From the NCBI GenBank assembly GCA_963667785.2, contig CAXXMU010000005.1:160001-224000 (forward strand): 64,000 nt of DNA. The letters are read 5' to 3'. Under the pieces are notes generated by a model. The model was not told the DNA's origin. It saw nothing but the letters and a program-made list of their open reading frames with translations, and ran no database searches. Below, piece after piece: positions 18,316 through 27,844 of this stretch. How positions within the stretch are numbered: the first letter of the stretch is position 1; every line of letters starts with the position of its first letter. The DNA is from Alphaproteobacteria bacterium (GTDB lineage Bacteria; Pseudomonadota; Alphaproteobacteria; UBA828). The translations under genes were made by a program, and so were the position numbers.

Positions 18316-19809
18316 ATGGCCACCTCGACCATACCGTTTGCGCGCGGCCTGCCGGGCATCGGCAGCGTCATCGACATGGCGCGGGATACGCGCGCCTTCC
18401 TCACCGACAGCTACCTGGAGCACGGGCCGGTCTTCGGCATGCGCCTGCTCAACCGGCACTACACCGTGCTGGCCGGCGTGGAGGCCAATCGTTTCCTCGC
18501 GCGGGAAGGCACGAGGCACTTCCGCTCCTTCGAGTTCTGGAGCGGCTTCAACGCCTGGTTCGGCGCGGCGCGGTCCACGCTGAGCGCCGACGGCGCGGAG
18601 CACGCGGCGTTCCGGCGCGCGCTGAAGCGGGGCTATTCCCGCGAGTACGCCGTCGAGCGCATGGACGGCATGATCGACATCGCCCGCCAGGAGATCGCGG
18701 CGTGGCCGCTGACGCGGCCCATGCCCGCGGCGCCGGCGCTGCAGCGGATCGTCACCGACCAAGTGGGCACGCTGGTCGGCGGCGTCTCGCCGCGCGCCTA
18801 CAACGACGACCTGGTCCGCTACGTGCACGCGGTGCTGTCGGCCACTCTCGTCCCCAGCCCCCACCTGCGCTGGTCGCCGCGCTTTCGCCGCGCCTCTGCC
18901 CGCGTCGACAGGCTCTACCGCGAGGTGATCGAGTGCCACTCGGGCTCGATGCGGGAGCGGCACGGCGCCGAGCCCGACCTGATCGACGACCTGCTGGACC
19001 TGCACGAGGCCGACCCGCGCTTCTTCCCCGAGGCGGACCTGAAGCTCGCAGCACTGGGCCCCTTCGTCGCGGCGCTCGACACGGTGGCGGGCACCTGCGC
19101 CTTCATGCTCTACGCCCTGCTGCGGCACCCGGACGTGCTGGAGCGGGTGCGCGAGGAGGCGGACGACCTCCTCACCGGCAGCGCACCGGCGGCCGAGCGC
19201 CTGCGCCAGATGGACACGCTGCACCGCGCGGCGCTGGAGACCATGCGGATGTATCCGGTGACCCCGCTGCTCATCCGCACCGCCGCCAACTCCTTCGAGT
19301 TCGCGGGCCACCGCATCCCCGCCGGCGAGCGCATGATGATCGCCACCGCCGTGCCCCACTACCTGCCCGAGTACTTCCCCGAGCCGGAGCGCTTCGACAT
19401 CGACCGCTACGGGCCGGAGCGGGCGGAGCACAAGAAGCCCTACGTCTACGCGCCCTTCGGCCTCGGCTCCCACCGCTGCCTCGGCAACGGCTTCGCCGAG
19501 GTGCAGATCGCGGCCACCATGGCGACCATCCTGCACGAGGTCGACCTCGACCTCGACCGGGCCGGCTACAACCTGAAGACCACCCAGTTCCCCATGCCCG
19601 CGCCGGACGAGTCCTTCAAGGTCCGGGTCAGAGGGCGGCGCGGGGCCGTGCAGCCGCTGGCCGAACGGAATCCGTGGAGCGCCGCTGGGGGGACGCGTGG
19701 GGTCCTCGCCGGGGGCGCGTTGTGGGGGGCGCTCGGCGCCGCAGCCGCGCGCGAGGCCTTTCGCTCGCTCACGCCGGCGCATCTCGGCCGGCGCACGTTC
19801 ATCCGATGA
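18316..19809 (+). CDS. cytochrome P450
   Basis: I-helix AALDTV, ExxR (ETMR), PERF, heme motif FGLGSHRCLG; start ATG 18316 after GGGAG. Confidence 0.95.
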   Translation: MATSTIPFARGLPGIGSVIDMARDTRAFLTDSYLEHGPVFGMRLLNRHYTVLAGVEANRFLAREGTRHFRSFEFWSGFNAWFGAARSTLSADGAEHAAFRRALKRGYSREYAVERMDGMIDIARQEIAAWPLTRPMPAAPALQRIVTDQVGTLVGGVSPRAYNDDLVRYVHAVLSATLVPSPHLRWSPRFRRASARVDRLYREVIECHSGSMRERHGAEPDLIDDLLDLHEADPRFFPEADLKLAALGPFVAALDTVAGTCAFMLYALLRHPDVLERVREEADDLLTGSAPAAERLRQMDTLHRAALETMRMYPVTPLLIRTAANSFEFAGHRIPAGERMMIATAVPHYLPEYFPEPERFDIDRYGPERAEHKKPYVYAPFGLGSHRCLGNGFAEVQIAATMATILHEVDLDLDRAGYNLKTTQFPMPAPDESFKVRVRGRRGAVQPLAERNPWSAAGGTRGVLAGGALWGALGAAAAREAFRSLTPAHLGRRTFIR

Positions 19810-20635
19810 GAGCGGCGTAGCGGTCGCAGAGCGGCAGCACCGTCTCCCGCCCCTCCGAGGGGAGCATCAGCAGCGCGCGGTCGACCCCGGCCGCCCGGCA
19901 GGCGTCGAGATAGGGCGCCTCGGGCGGTGCGCCGAAGACCGTGGCGGAGACCGTGGCCGGGTCACGCCCGGCCTCGGCGGCGGCGGCGCGGAGCCGGGCC
20001 ATGCCGTCCGCCGGATCCGGCAGCAGCGCGCCGCGCGGCAGCCAGCCCGAGCAGAACGCCATGATCCGGCGCATGGTGTGCACGCTCTCACCCCCCAGCA
20101 GCACCGGCGGGTGCGGCCTCTGCACCGGCTTGGGCCATGACCAGATGGGCTCGAACGAGGTGAACGCGCCCTCGTAGGCGGCCTCGTCGGCCGCCCAGAT
20201 CGCCTGCATGGCCTTGACTCGGTCCTCCAGGACGCGGAAGCGGGCCTCGAAGCGCGTGCCGTGATGCTCCATCTCCTCGGCGTTCCAGCCGGCGCCGATG
20301 CCGAACTCGAAGCGCCCGCCGGAGACCAGATCGAGGCTGGCGACGGCCTTGGCCGTGACGATGGGATCGCGCTCGGTGACGAGACAGATGCCGGTGCCGA
20401 GCCTGAGTGTCCTGGTTGCCGTCGCCGCCGCCGTGAGCGCCACGAAGGGGTCGAGGGTGTGGGAGTATTCCGGCGGCAGCTCCCCGCCGCCCCGCCAGGG
20501 CGAGCGGCGGCTTGTGGGGATGTGGGTGTGCTCGGGCACGAAGAGGGCGTCGAAGCCGCGCTCCTCGAGCGCGGGCGCGAGCTCGGTGAGCGCGATCGAA
20601 TAGTCGGTGGCGAAGATGACGGCGCCGATCTTCAT
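19799..20635 (-). CDS. LLM-class, probably F420-dependent oxidoreductase (Rv2161c-like)
   Basis: FVPEHTHIP, LDPFVAL, LGTGICLV, GIGAGWNAEEM, WPKPVQRPHPP. Confidence 0.85.
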   Translation of the reverse strand: MKIGAVIFATDYSIALTELAPALEERGFDALFVPEHTHIPTSRRSPWRGGGELPPEYSHTLDPFVALTAAATATRTLRLGTGICLVTERDPIVTAKAVASLDLVSGGRFEFGIGAGWNAEEMEHHGTRFEARFRVLEDRVKAMQAIWAADEAAYEGAFTSFEPIWSWPKPVQRPHPPVLLGGESVHTMRRIMAFCSGWLPRGALLPDPADGMARLRAAAAEAGRDPATVSATVFGAPPEAPYLDACRAAGVDRALLMLPSEGRETVLPLCDRYAALIG

Positions 20636-20772
20636 GTGTTTGGGCTCCGGATGCTGCGCGGGAACGGTGCCCGGGCGGGCCGGCGCACGCTCTCACGCAG
20701 CGCCCGCCTTGACAAGGCGCGCCTGCCTGCGGAGCCTTTCGGCCGCCCCTCCACCCATACCCAGGGATCGCC

Positions 20773-21624
20773 ATGACAGAGGACACCCCCGCAGCCGGCG
20801 CCGCGCCCTGGCAGAGCCCGACCCTCAGCCTGGAGGGCCGCGTCGCGATCGTCGCCGGCGCCGGCCAGACGCCGGGACCCGTGGTCGGCAACGGCCGGGC
20901 CACGGCGCTGCTCTTCGCCCGCGCCGGCGCGCACGTGATCGCGCTCGACCGCGACCGTGCCTCGGCCGAGGAGACCGCGGCCATGATCGAGGCCGACGGC
21001 GGCGGCGCCGAGGCCCTGGTCGCCGACGTGACCGAAGAGCAGGCCCTGATCGCCGCTGTCCGCTCCGTCGTCGATCGCCACGGGCGGATCGACGTGCTGC
21101 AGAACAACGTGGGCGTCGCCTACACGGGCGGGGATTCGCCGCTTGCGGACCTCGACGAGGCGAGCTTCGACCGGGTGATGGCGATCAACCTGCGCGGCAC
21201 GGTGATGGCCTGCAAGCACGTCGTGCCGATCATGCGCGCCCAGGGCCGGGGCGTGATCACCAACATCTCTTCCATCGCCGCGGTGGTCGACTACAAGTCG
21301 GTGACCTACAAGACGAGCAAGGCAGGCATGATCGCCTTCTCCCGCCAGCTCGCGCTCGACTGCGCGGCCGACGGCGTGCGCGTGAACGCCATCCTGCCGG
21401 GCTACATGGATACGCCCATGGCGGTCGATACCCAGGCGCGGCGCTACGGCAAGCCGCGCGAGGAGATCGCCGCCACGCGCGATACCTGGACCCCGCTCCG
21501 GGGTGGCATGGGCAGCGCCTGGGACGTGGCCCAGGCCTCGCTCTTCCTCGCCTCCGACGCCGCCCGCTTCATCACCGGCGTGGCGCTGCCGGTGGACGGT
21601 GGCGTGATGGCGCGGGTCGGCTGA
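20773..21624 (+). CDS. short-chain dehydrogenase/reductase
   Basis: AGAG...GNG, NNVG, YKTSK catalytic motif, RVNAILPG. Confidence 0.92.
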   Translation: MTEDTPAAGAAPWQSPTLSLEGRVAIVAGAGQTPGPVVGNGRATALLFARAGAHVIALDRDRASAEETAAMIEADGGGAEALVADVTEEQALIAAVRSVVDRHGRIDVLQNNVGVAYTGGDSPLADLDEASFDRVMAINLRGTVMACKHVVPIMRAQGRGVITNISSIAAVVDYKSVTYKTSKAGMIAFSRQLALDCAADGVRVNAILPGYMDTPMAVDTQARRYGKPREEIAATRDTWTPLRGGMGSAWDVAQASLFLASDAARFITGVALPVDGGVMARVG

Positions 21625-21654
21625 CGGCGAAGCGTCTCGCAGACGTCGGGTCGC

Positions 21655-21822
21655 CTAGAGTATGTGCGTCTTACACGGAAACGTTCCGGCCACTTTGTCG
21701 CTCACCGCAGCCGGCCGTCCCGCGATTCCGCGCACCTGCCGGCGCCTCCGCGAGGGCGCCGCATAAGCGGCGGGCCGCAGTCGCGGCCTGTCGCGTATCC
21801 GTCAAAGACGGATACGCTCTAG
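21655..21822 (+). repeat. structured intergenic repeat, copy 3 (full length, CTAG at both ends)
   Basis: ctagagtatgtgcgtctt...aagacggatacgctctag; the right CTA is the TAG stop of the convergent gene 21819..22553. Confidence 0.9.
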
Positions 21823-22553
21823 ACTTGGGCGTTGTACATGTCGAAGACCACGCCGTAGACGTCGAAGGTCCGCGACGGGTCGAACGACATGGTGTGCAGC
21901 ACCTTGTCCATGTTCTTGAGCTGCGTCACGAGCCGGCGGAGCTTCGGCACCGGATCGACGTCGAAGTCCACCCGCACGTCGACCGCAGGCCACGGCTGCC
22001 TGCCGTTGAACACCAGCATCATGGCCCAGGCTTCCGGCACCTTGCCGATATCGGGCTGGCCCTGCCCGCCGGCCGCCTTGCCCGCCTCGATGGCGCGCAG
22101 CAGGCGCTCGTCCATGGCCTCGCCGCGGTTCTCCTCCAGCGCCTTCGCCATCGCCTTCACCGGCTCCGGGCCGTCCATGTAGTTGCCCATGGCGATCGAG
22201 CCCTCGCCCACGATGTGGCTCGCGTGGTTCCAGGCGTTGTCGTTGGTCCGGATCCAGGTCTCGCCGGTGGCGGTGACGGCGCCGATCTGCCGCCAGCTCC
22301 AGTGCTCGTCGTGCTTCTCCATCTCGGCCTCGATGTCGTCCCAGCCGACGCCCGCATCGCGCAGATCGCAGAGCCGGTGGCCGTTCTGGGGATGGACGGT
22401 CGCCATCGGGGCGACGATGATCCCCCGCTCCGTCAGCTCGGGCGTGAGGTGCCGGTGGACCGGAAAGGTCCGGCCGAAGTTGATGGTGATCGTGGTGGAC
22501 GCGATGCCGATCTCGCCCGTGTGCGGATTGCTGGCAAGCACCGTGTAGGTCAT
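21819..22553 (-). CDS. DUF1028-like Ntn-hydrolase family protein
   Basis: MTYTVLA..TGEIGIA, WRQIGAV, GNYM, LLRAIEAGKAAGG, VDVRVD. Confidence 0.8.
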   Translation of the reverse strand: MTYTVLASNPHTGEIGIASTTITINFGRTFPVHRHLTPELTERGIIVAPMATVHPQNGHRLCDLRDAGVGWDDIEAEMEKHDEHWSWRQIGAVTATGETWIRTNDNAWNHASHIVGEGSIAMGNYMDGPEPVKAMAKALEENRGEAMDERLLRAIEAGKAAGGQGQPDIGKVPEAWAMMLVFNGRQPWPAVDVRVDFDVDPVPKLRRLVTQLKNMDKVLHTMSFDPSRTFDVYGVVFDMYNAQV

Positions 22554-22654
22554 GGCGGTCTCCCTCCTCGTGCGGCGGCGCGATCCTGCCGCATCGCCCG
22601 AGGGGTGTCGAGACGGGGCCGGGCGCCAGCCCGTCTCGCCGCCTGCAAGTGCGC

Positions 22655-23329
22655 TCAGTCGTTCCAGATGGGATCGTCGAGGGTAGCGACGAAAGCGGCG
22701 TGCGCCGCCGCTTCGGCCTCGCTCGGTGCGTGCGGCCGGGGCGTGCGCGTGCGCGCCGCGCGGGGCGCGGGCGCGGCACCTTGCGGCGCTGCAGCCTGCT
22801 GCAGGCCGAGCCCCGGCTGACGGCCGCCGGTGAGCTCGAGATAGACCTCGGTGAGGAGCTCCGCATCGAGCAGCGCGCCATGCTTCTCGCGCGCCGAGCG
22901 GTCGACCCCGAAGCGCTTGCAGAGCGCGTCCAGGCTCGCCGGCGCGCCGGGATACTTGCGGCGCGCGAGCGCCAGCGTGTCCACCGTCCGCGACGCCGGG
23001 ATGGGAGGCCTCGCGATCCGCTCCAGCTCGGCGTTGAGGAAGCCGAGATCGAAGCTCGCATTGTGCATGACGAGCTTCGCGTCGCCGATGAAGGCGAGCA
23101 CGGCATCCACCTCGTCTGCGAAGCGCTTGTGGCCCGCGAGGAAGGCGCGGGTCAGCCCGTGCACCCGCTCGGCGTCCTCCGGCATATCGCGCTCGGGGTC
23201 GAGATAGCGCTGGAAGCGCCTGCCGGAGGGGATGTGGTTGACCAACTCGACGGCGCCGATCTCGACGATCCTGTGACCCGCCGCCGGCTCGAGGCCGGTG
23301 GTCTCGGTATCGAGCACGACCTCACGCAT
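22655..23329 (-). CDS. dnaQ: DNA polymerase III epsilon subunit
   Basis: MREVVLDTETTGL, HNASFDLGF, HGALLDAELL. Confidence 0.96.
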   Translation of the reverse strand: MREVVLDTETTGLEPAAGHRIVEIGAVELVNHIPSGRRFQRYLDPERDMPEDAERVHGLTRAFLAGHKRFADEVDAVLAFIGDAKLVMHNASFDLGFLNAELERIARPPIPASRTVDTLALARRKYPGAPASLDALCKRFGVDRSAREKHGALLDAELLTEVYLELTGGRQPGLGLQQAAAPQGAAPAPRAARTRTPRPHAPSEAEAAAHAAFVATLDDPIWND

Positions 23330-23993
23330 GGCGACCCCCTCCGGCCTTCGGCACGAGCGCGCCGGCCCAGCAGCCCGGCCAGCGGGTGCCGGTCGCCGCG
23401 GAGAGACGGGCGGCGACGCGGCGCGCTGCGAGCCTGGATACGCGCCGGTCGAGCCCGGTGCGGATGACGAAGTCGGCGCGCCGGCGCTTCTCCGCGTCCG
23501 CCATCTGGCGGGCGAGGATCGCGGCCAGCCGCTCCTCGGACATGCGCGCCCGGCCGAGCACCCGCGCGCGCTGCACGAAGGCGGGCGCCGACACCACGAG
23601 CGTCGCGTCGCAGCGCGTCTCGCCGCCGGTTTCGAAGAGCAGCGGCACGTCGAGCACCGCGAGCCGGCAGCCCCGGCGCTGGCTGGCCGCAAGGAAGTGC
23701 CGCTCGCCGGCGCGCACGAGCGGGTGCAGGATCGCTTCCAGCCGGGCCAGTGCCGCCGGATCGCCGAAGACGCGGGCGCCGAGGGCCGCACGGTCGATGC
23801 CCGACGCAGGGTCCCCGGCGCGGGCCGCATCGGGAAAGAGCGCGAGAACCGGCGCCACCGCGGCGCCGCCGGCCGCGAGCAGCCGGTGAACCGCCGCATC
23901 GGCGTCCCAGACCGCCGCGCCGCAGGACCGCAGCGCGTTGGCGACGGTCGTCTTGCCCATGCCGATCGAGCCGGTGAGGCCGAGGACGACCAC
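23322..23993 (-). CDS. coaE: dephospho-CoA kinase
   Basis: GLTGSIGMGKTT, DADAAVH, LEAILHPLV, DVPLLFE; GTG start 23993. Confidence 0.95.
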   Translation of the reverse strand: MVVLGLTGSIGMGKTTVANALRSCGAAVWDADAAVHRLLAAGGAAVAPVLALFPDAARAGDPASGIDRAALGARVFGDPAALARLEAILHPLVRAGERHFLAASQRRGCRLAVLDVPLLFETGGETRCDATLVVSAPAFVQRARVLGRARMSEERLAAILARQMADAEKRRRADFVIRTGLDRRVSRLAARRVAARLSAATGTRWPGCWAGALVPKAGGGRHA

Positions 23994-24004
23994 GGCGCGG
24001 GCCC

Positions 24005-24844
24005 TCAGAGCCCGGCGGCGGCAAAGGAGCGGAGCGCCGCCGAAGCATCCGCGTCCGCGCCGAACCAGGCTGCGAAGCCGGGCCGGGCCTGGTGGATCAG
24101 CATGCCGAGCCCGTCCACCGCCCCGTTGCCCCGGGCCCGCGCCGCCCGCAGCAGCGCGGTCTCGAGCGGCGCATAAACGAGATCGTAGACCGTGGCGTCC
24201 GCCGGCAGCCGGTCGAGGTCGAGGTCGAGCCGCGCCTTGCCCGTCTGGCCGAGGGTCGTGGTGTTGACCAGGAGGCCGCAGCCCGCGAGCGCGGCCTCGC
24301 GCTCCTGCCAGGGCAGCGGGCGGACGCTCCCGCCGGCCGCCGCGGCGAGCGCGGCTGCGCGCTCGGGCGAGCGGTTGACCACGCGAATCTCGGCCACCCC
24401 CGCGGCGGCGAGCGCATCCACCACGGCCCGCGCCGCGCCGCCCGCCCCCAGCACGCAGGCCGGCGCCAGCGGCTCCCATGCCGGCGCCTCCCGGCGCAGA
24501 TGGCTGATGAAGCCGAAGCCGTCGGTGTTGTCGCCGTGCAGCGCCCCGTCGGCGCCGACCGTCACCGTGTTGACCGCGCCGATACGGCGCGCGGTCTCGG
24601 ACAGCGTCGTCATGCAGGCGAGCGCGGCCTCCTTGTGCGGCGCGGTGAGGTTGCAGCCGCGAAAGCCCAGTGCCGGCAGCGCGGCAAGCGCGGCGGAGAG
24701 ATGCGCGGGTCGGACCGCCAGCGGCAGGTAGGCGCCGTCGATCCCCTTCTCCTCGAGCCAGTAGCCGTGGATGCGCGGCGAGCGCGAGTGCGCCACCGGC
24801 CAGCCCATGACGCCCGCGAGCCGCGCCGCGCCCGTGAGGATCAT
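24005..24844 (-). CDS. aroE: shikimate dehydrogenase
   Basis: GWPVAHSRSP, NLTAPHK, GAVNT, NTDG, GAGGAARA. Confidence 0.96.
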   Translation of the reverse strand: MILTGAARLAGVMGWPVAHSRSPRIHGYWLEEKGIDGAYLPLAVRPAHLSAALAALPALGFRGCNLTAPHKEAALACMTTLSETARRIGAVNTVTVGADGALHGDNTDGFGFISHLRREAPAWEPLAPACVLGAGGAARAVVDALAAAGVAEIRVVNRSPERAAALAAAAGGSVRPLPWQEREAALAGCGLLVNTTTLGQTGKARLDLDLDRLPADATVYDLVYAPLETALLRAARARGNGAVDGLGMLIHQARPGFAAWFGADADASAALRSFAAAGL

Positions 24845-25482
24845 GTCTCCACCAGCCCGTGCTCGCGGAGGAAGGCGAGGAGCGGCAGGAGCGGCAGGCC
24901 CAGCACCGCGAACCAGTCGCCCCTGATCTCGGCGAGCAACTGCCCGCCCAGCGCTTCCGCCTCGTAGCTGCCGACGCAGCCGAGGATGCCCTCGCCCGCC
25001 TGCTCGAGATAGCGCTCGATGAAGGCGTCAGAGAAGGGTCGCATCGCGATCTCGGGGCACGCCAGATGGCTCCAGAGCTCGGCCTCGTCCCGGACCACGG
25101 ACACCGCCGTGACCAGCGTGTGACGGCGGCCCCTGAGCCGCCGGAGCTGCGAGCGCGCGTCCTCGCGGTCCACCGGCTTGTCGAACCACTCAGTCCCGCA
25201 GACGAGGAGCTGGTCGGCGCCGATGACATAGGCGCCGGGCTCGCGCACGCTGACCCGGCGGGCCTTGAGGGCGGCAAGCGCCTGCGCGGTCTCCCTGCCC
25301 TGGGGGTCGCCTGTGCGCATGGCGCTCTTGACCGCGCCCTCGTCTACCATGGCCGGCTGGATGGCGAAGGAGACGCCTGCCGCCCGCAGCATCGCGGCCC
25401 GCGACGCCGCCGCGGATGCGAGCACCAGCCGCGCGGCGCCGGTCTCGCCGCGAGCGGCGGTACCGAAATCGGCCGTCGCCAT
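24841..25482 (-). CDS. maf: Maf-family nucleotide pyrophosphatase
   Basis: LVLASAAASR, IGADQ..FDKP, VLGLPL; conserved position next to aroE; start approximate. Confidence 0.9.
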   Translation of the reverse strand: MATADFGTAARGETGAARLVLASAAASRAAMLRAAGVSFAIQPAMVDEGAVKSAMRTGDPQGRETAQALAALKARRVSVREPGAYVIGADQLLVCGTEWFDKPVDREDARSQLRRLRGRRHTLVTAVSVVRDEAELWSHLACPEIAMRPFSDAFIERYLEQAGEGILGCVGSYEAEALGGQLLAEIRGDWFAVLGLPLLPLLAFLREHGLVET

Positions 25483-25555
25483 GGCCCCGCCGCCCCTTTC
25501 CTGCTCGTTCGCGCCGCGCCGCAGCATATACCCTTCCACCGCAGCGCCAACCGGC

Positions 25556-26371
25556 TCAGCCGGGCAGCGCGCGCCGGTCGTGAAGCTGGAGGATCGCGGC
25601 GGCGGTCTCCTCGATCGAGCGATGGCTCACGTCGATCACCGGCCAGCCGGCCTCGGCGAAGAGCCGTCGCGCCTGCCGCACCTCCTCCTCGACCTGGGCC
25701 GGATCGACGTAGCCGGTCTCGCCGACCGCGCCGATCATGCGCATGCGGTTGCGGCGGACATCGAGGAGCTGGTCCGGGTGGCAGGTGAGGCCGACCACCA
25801 GCGCGTCCTTCAGGGTCTTCAACTCCGGCGGCAGGGGACAGCCGGGAACCACCGGCACGTTCGCCGCCTTGAGGCCGCGGTTGGCGAGGTAGAAGCAGGT
25901 CGGCGTCTTCGATGTCCGCGACACGCCCACCAGCACGATATCCGCGTCGCGCAGCGTCGCGCTCGAGCGGCCGTCATCGTGGCCCAGCGCATAGTTCATG
26001 GCGTCGATGCGCTCGACATAGGCGGCATCCATGACGTGCTGGCGGCCGGGCTGGTTGCGGCTCTCGATGCCGAGGAACCCGCTCAAGGCCGCAATCGCCG
26101 TGTCGAGCAGCGGGATGCAGGGGACGTCGATGCGCCGGCATTCCTCGTGCAGGAGCTCTCTCAGCGCCGGGTCCACCAGCGTGAACATCACCACGCCGGG
26201 CTCGGCCTCGACATTGACGAGGACGCGGCGGAGCTGGCTCTCCGTGCGCACCAGCGACCACAGGTGCTCGACCGATTCCACGCCCTGGAACTGCGCCGCC
26301 GCCGCCCGCGCGATCGTGATGCAGGTCTCGCCGGTGGCGTCCGAGACCAGGTGCAGGTGGAAGCTCTGCAT
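25556..26371 (-). CDS. ppsR: PPDK/PEP-synthase regulatory protein (kinase/pyrophosphorylase, DUF299)
   Basis: HLVSDATGET, HDDG, VGVSRTSKTPT, SIEETAA. Confidence 0.93.
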   Translation of the reverse strand: MQSFHLHLVSDATGETCITIARAAAAQFQGVESVEHLWSLVRTESQLRRVLVNVEAEPGVVMFTLVDPALRELLHEECRRIDVPCIPLLDTAIAALSGFLGIESRNQPGRQHVMDAAYVERIDAMNYALGHDDGRSSATLRDADIVLVGVSRTSKTPTCFYLANRGLKAANVPVVPGCPLPPELKTLKDALVVGLTCHPDQLLDVRRNRMRMIGAVGETGYVDPAQVEEEVRQARRLFAEAGWPVIDVSHRSIEETAAAILQLHDRRALPG

Positions 26372-26785
26372 GGCTCCGTCCCCGTTCGCGCTCCGTCGCC
26401 GCGCGAGCGCGATTCCTCAACGCTCCGCTGTGGACAAGAGGCCAGCGACGCGGCCTCTCCCGCCGCCTCTCAGCTTATCCCCAGCCTCTCCGGCCATCCA
26501 TGTCACGGAACTCTCATATCGTGGATAGCGGCGCTGCCTTGGCCGCCCCGGATCGCTCTCCCCCTATTCCACGCTTGCCGGGAGGGCGGCCGGCCGGGAG
26601 CGTGCGTGCGTCCTCACAGATATTCCCCGCCCGGCCCCCCGTGCGCCCAGCGCAGGCGCTCGTTCAGCAGAGGTCAGAGAACAACGCGACAATCCCGCCC
26701 TCTCCGCCGCCTACATCAGCAACCACCCTTATCAATAGATATTTAATGAAGCTAGTCTGGCCGTTCCGGGGACAAGAGCCAGCAC
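26372..26785. other. probable chromosomal replication origin oriC
   Basis: DUF299/hemE intergenic position as in other alphaproteobacteria; DnaA-box-like TGTGGACAA 26429-26437, TTATCCCCA 26475-26483, CGTGGATAG 26520-26528; AT-rich TTATCAATAGATATTTAATGAA 26729-26750; flanking genes diverge; parS/parAB nearby. Confidence 0.8.
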
Positions 26786-27844
26786 GTGAGCAAGAACCAA
26801 GACGCGAAGCCCCTCCTGGCGGCGCTGCGGGGGGAGAGGCAGCAACCGCCCCCGCTCTGGCTCATGCGCCAGGCCGGGCGCTACCTGCCGGAATACCGTG
26901 CGCTGCGGGCCAGGGCCGGCTCCTTCCTCGATCTCTGCTACGACCCGGCGCTGGCGGCGGAGGCGAGCCTGCAGCCGCTGCGGCGCTTCGCCCTGGACGG
27001 GGTGATCCTCTTCTCGGACATACTGGTGGTGGCGGATGCCCTCGGCCAGAAGGTATGGTTTCAGGAGGGCGAAGGGCCCAGGCTCGAGCCCATTACTGAG
27101 GGCGATACGCTGCCGGTCTTCGACGAGGAGCGTCAGCGGCGGCATCTCGCACCGGTCTACGAGGCGATGGAGCGGGTGGTGGAAGCGGCGCCCGCCGGGG
27201 CTGCGGTGCTGGGCTTCGCCGGCGCGCCCTGGACTCTCGCCACCTACATGGTGGGCGGCGGCAGGGGCCGGGACTTCACGGCGGTGAAGAGCTGGGCCTA
27301 TCGCGAGCCGGAGAGCTTCGCGCAGCTGATCGAGACCGTGCGCGAGGCGGTGGCGGCGCATCTGATCGCGCAGCTCGATGCCGGCGCCGATCTCGTCCAG
27401 GTCTTCGATAGCTGGGCCGGTGTCCTGTCGGAAGCCGAGCTCGATCGCTGGTGCATCGAGCCCGCGCGGCGGCTCGTGAGCGACGTGAAGGCGGCCCGCC
27501 CGGGGGCGACGGTGATCCTCTATCCGCGCGGTGCCGGCGTGCTCTGCGAGCGCTTCGCCAGGGAGACCGGGGCGGACGCGATCTCGGTAGACAGCACGGT
27601 GCCGCCTGTCTGGGCTGCGGCGCACCTGCAGCCGCACTGCGTGGTCCAGGGCAACCTTGACCCGGTGGCATTGCTGGCGGGCGGCGACGCGCTCGAGCGC
27701 GCTGTCCGCACGATCCTGGAGACGCTCGCACAGGGGCCCTTCGTCTTCAATCTCGGCGAAGGCGTGCTGCCGGGCACGCCGCCCGAAAACGTCGCGACGC
27801 TTTGCGACCTGGTGCGTCGCCACGGCGGGAGGGACGGCGGGTGA
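26786..27844 (+). CDS. hemE: uroporphyrinogen decarboxylase
   Basis: WLMRQAGRYLPEYR, LFSDIL, GFAGAPWTLATYM, QGNLDP. Confidence 0.97.
   Translation: MSKNQDAKPLLAALRGERQQPPPLWLMRQAGRYLPEYRALRARAGSFLDLCYDPALAAEASLQPLRRFALDGVILFSDILVVADALGQKVWFQEGEGPRLEPITEGDTLPVFDEERQRRHLAPVYEAMERVVEAAPAGAAVLGFAGAPWTLATYMVGGGRGRDFTAVKSWAYREPESFAQLIETVREAVAAHLIAQLDAGADLVQVFDSWAGVLSEAELDRWCIEPARRLVSDVKAARPGATVILYPRGAGVLCERFARETGADAISVDSTVPPVWAAAHLQPHCVVQGNLDPVALLAGGDALERAVRTILETLAQGPFVFNLGEGVLPGTPPENVATLCDLVRRHGGRDGG

Noticed and set aside
8815-21822. Three repeat copies as a CRISPR array or tRNA-like genes
   Set aside because: Dispersed, about 165 bp, no spacers, no cas genes, no tRNA consensus arms.
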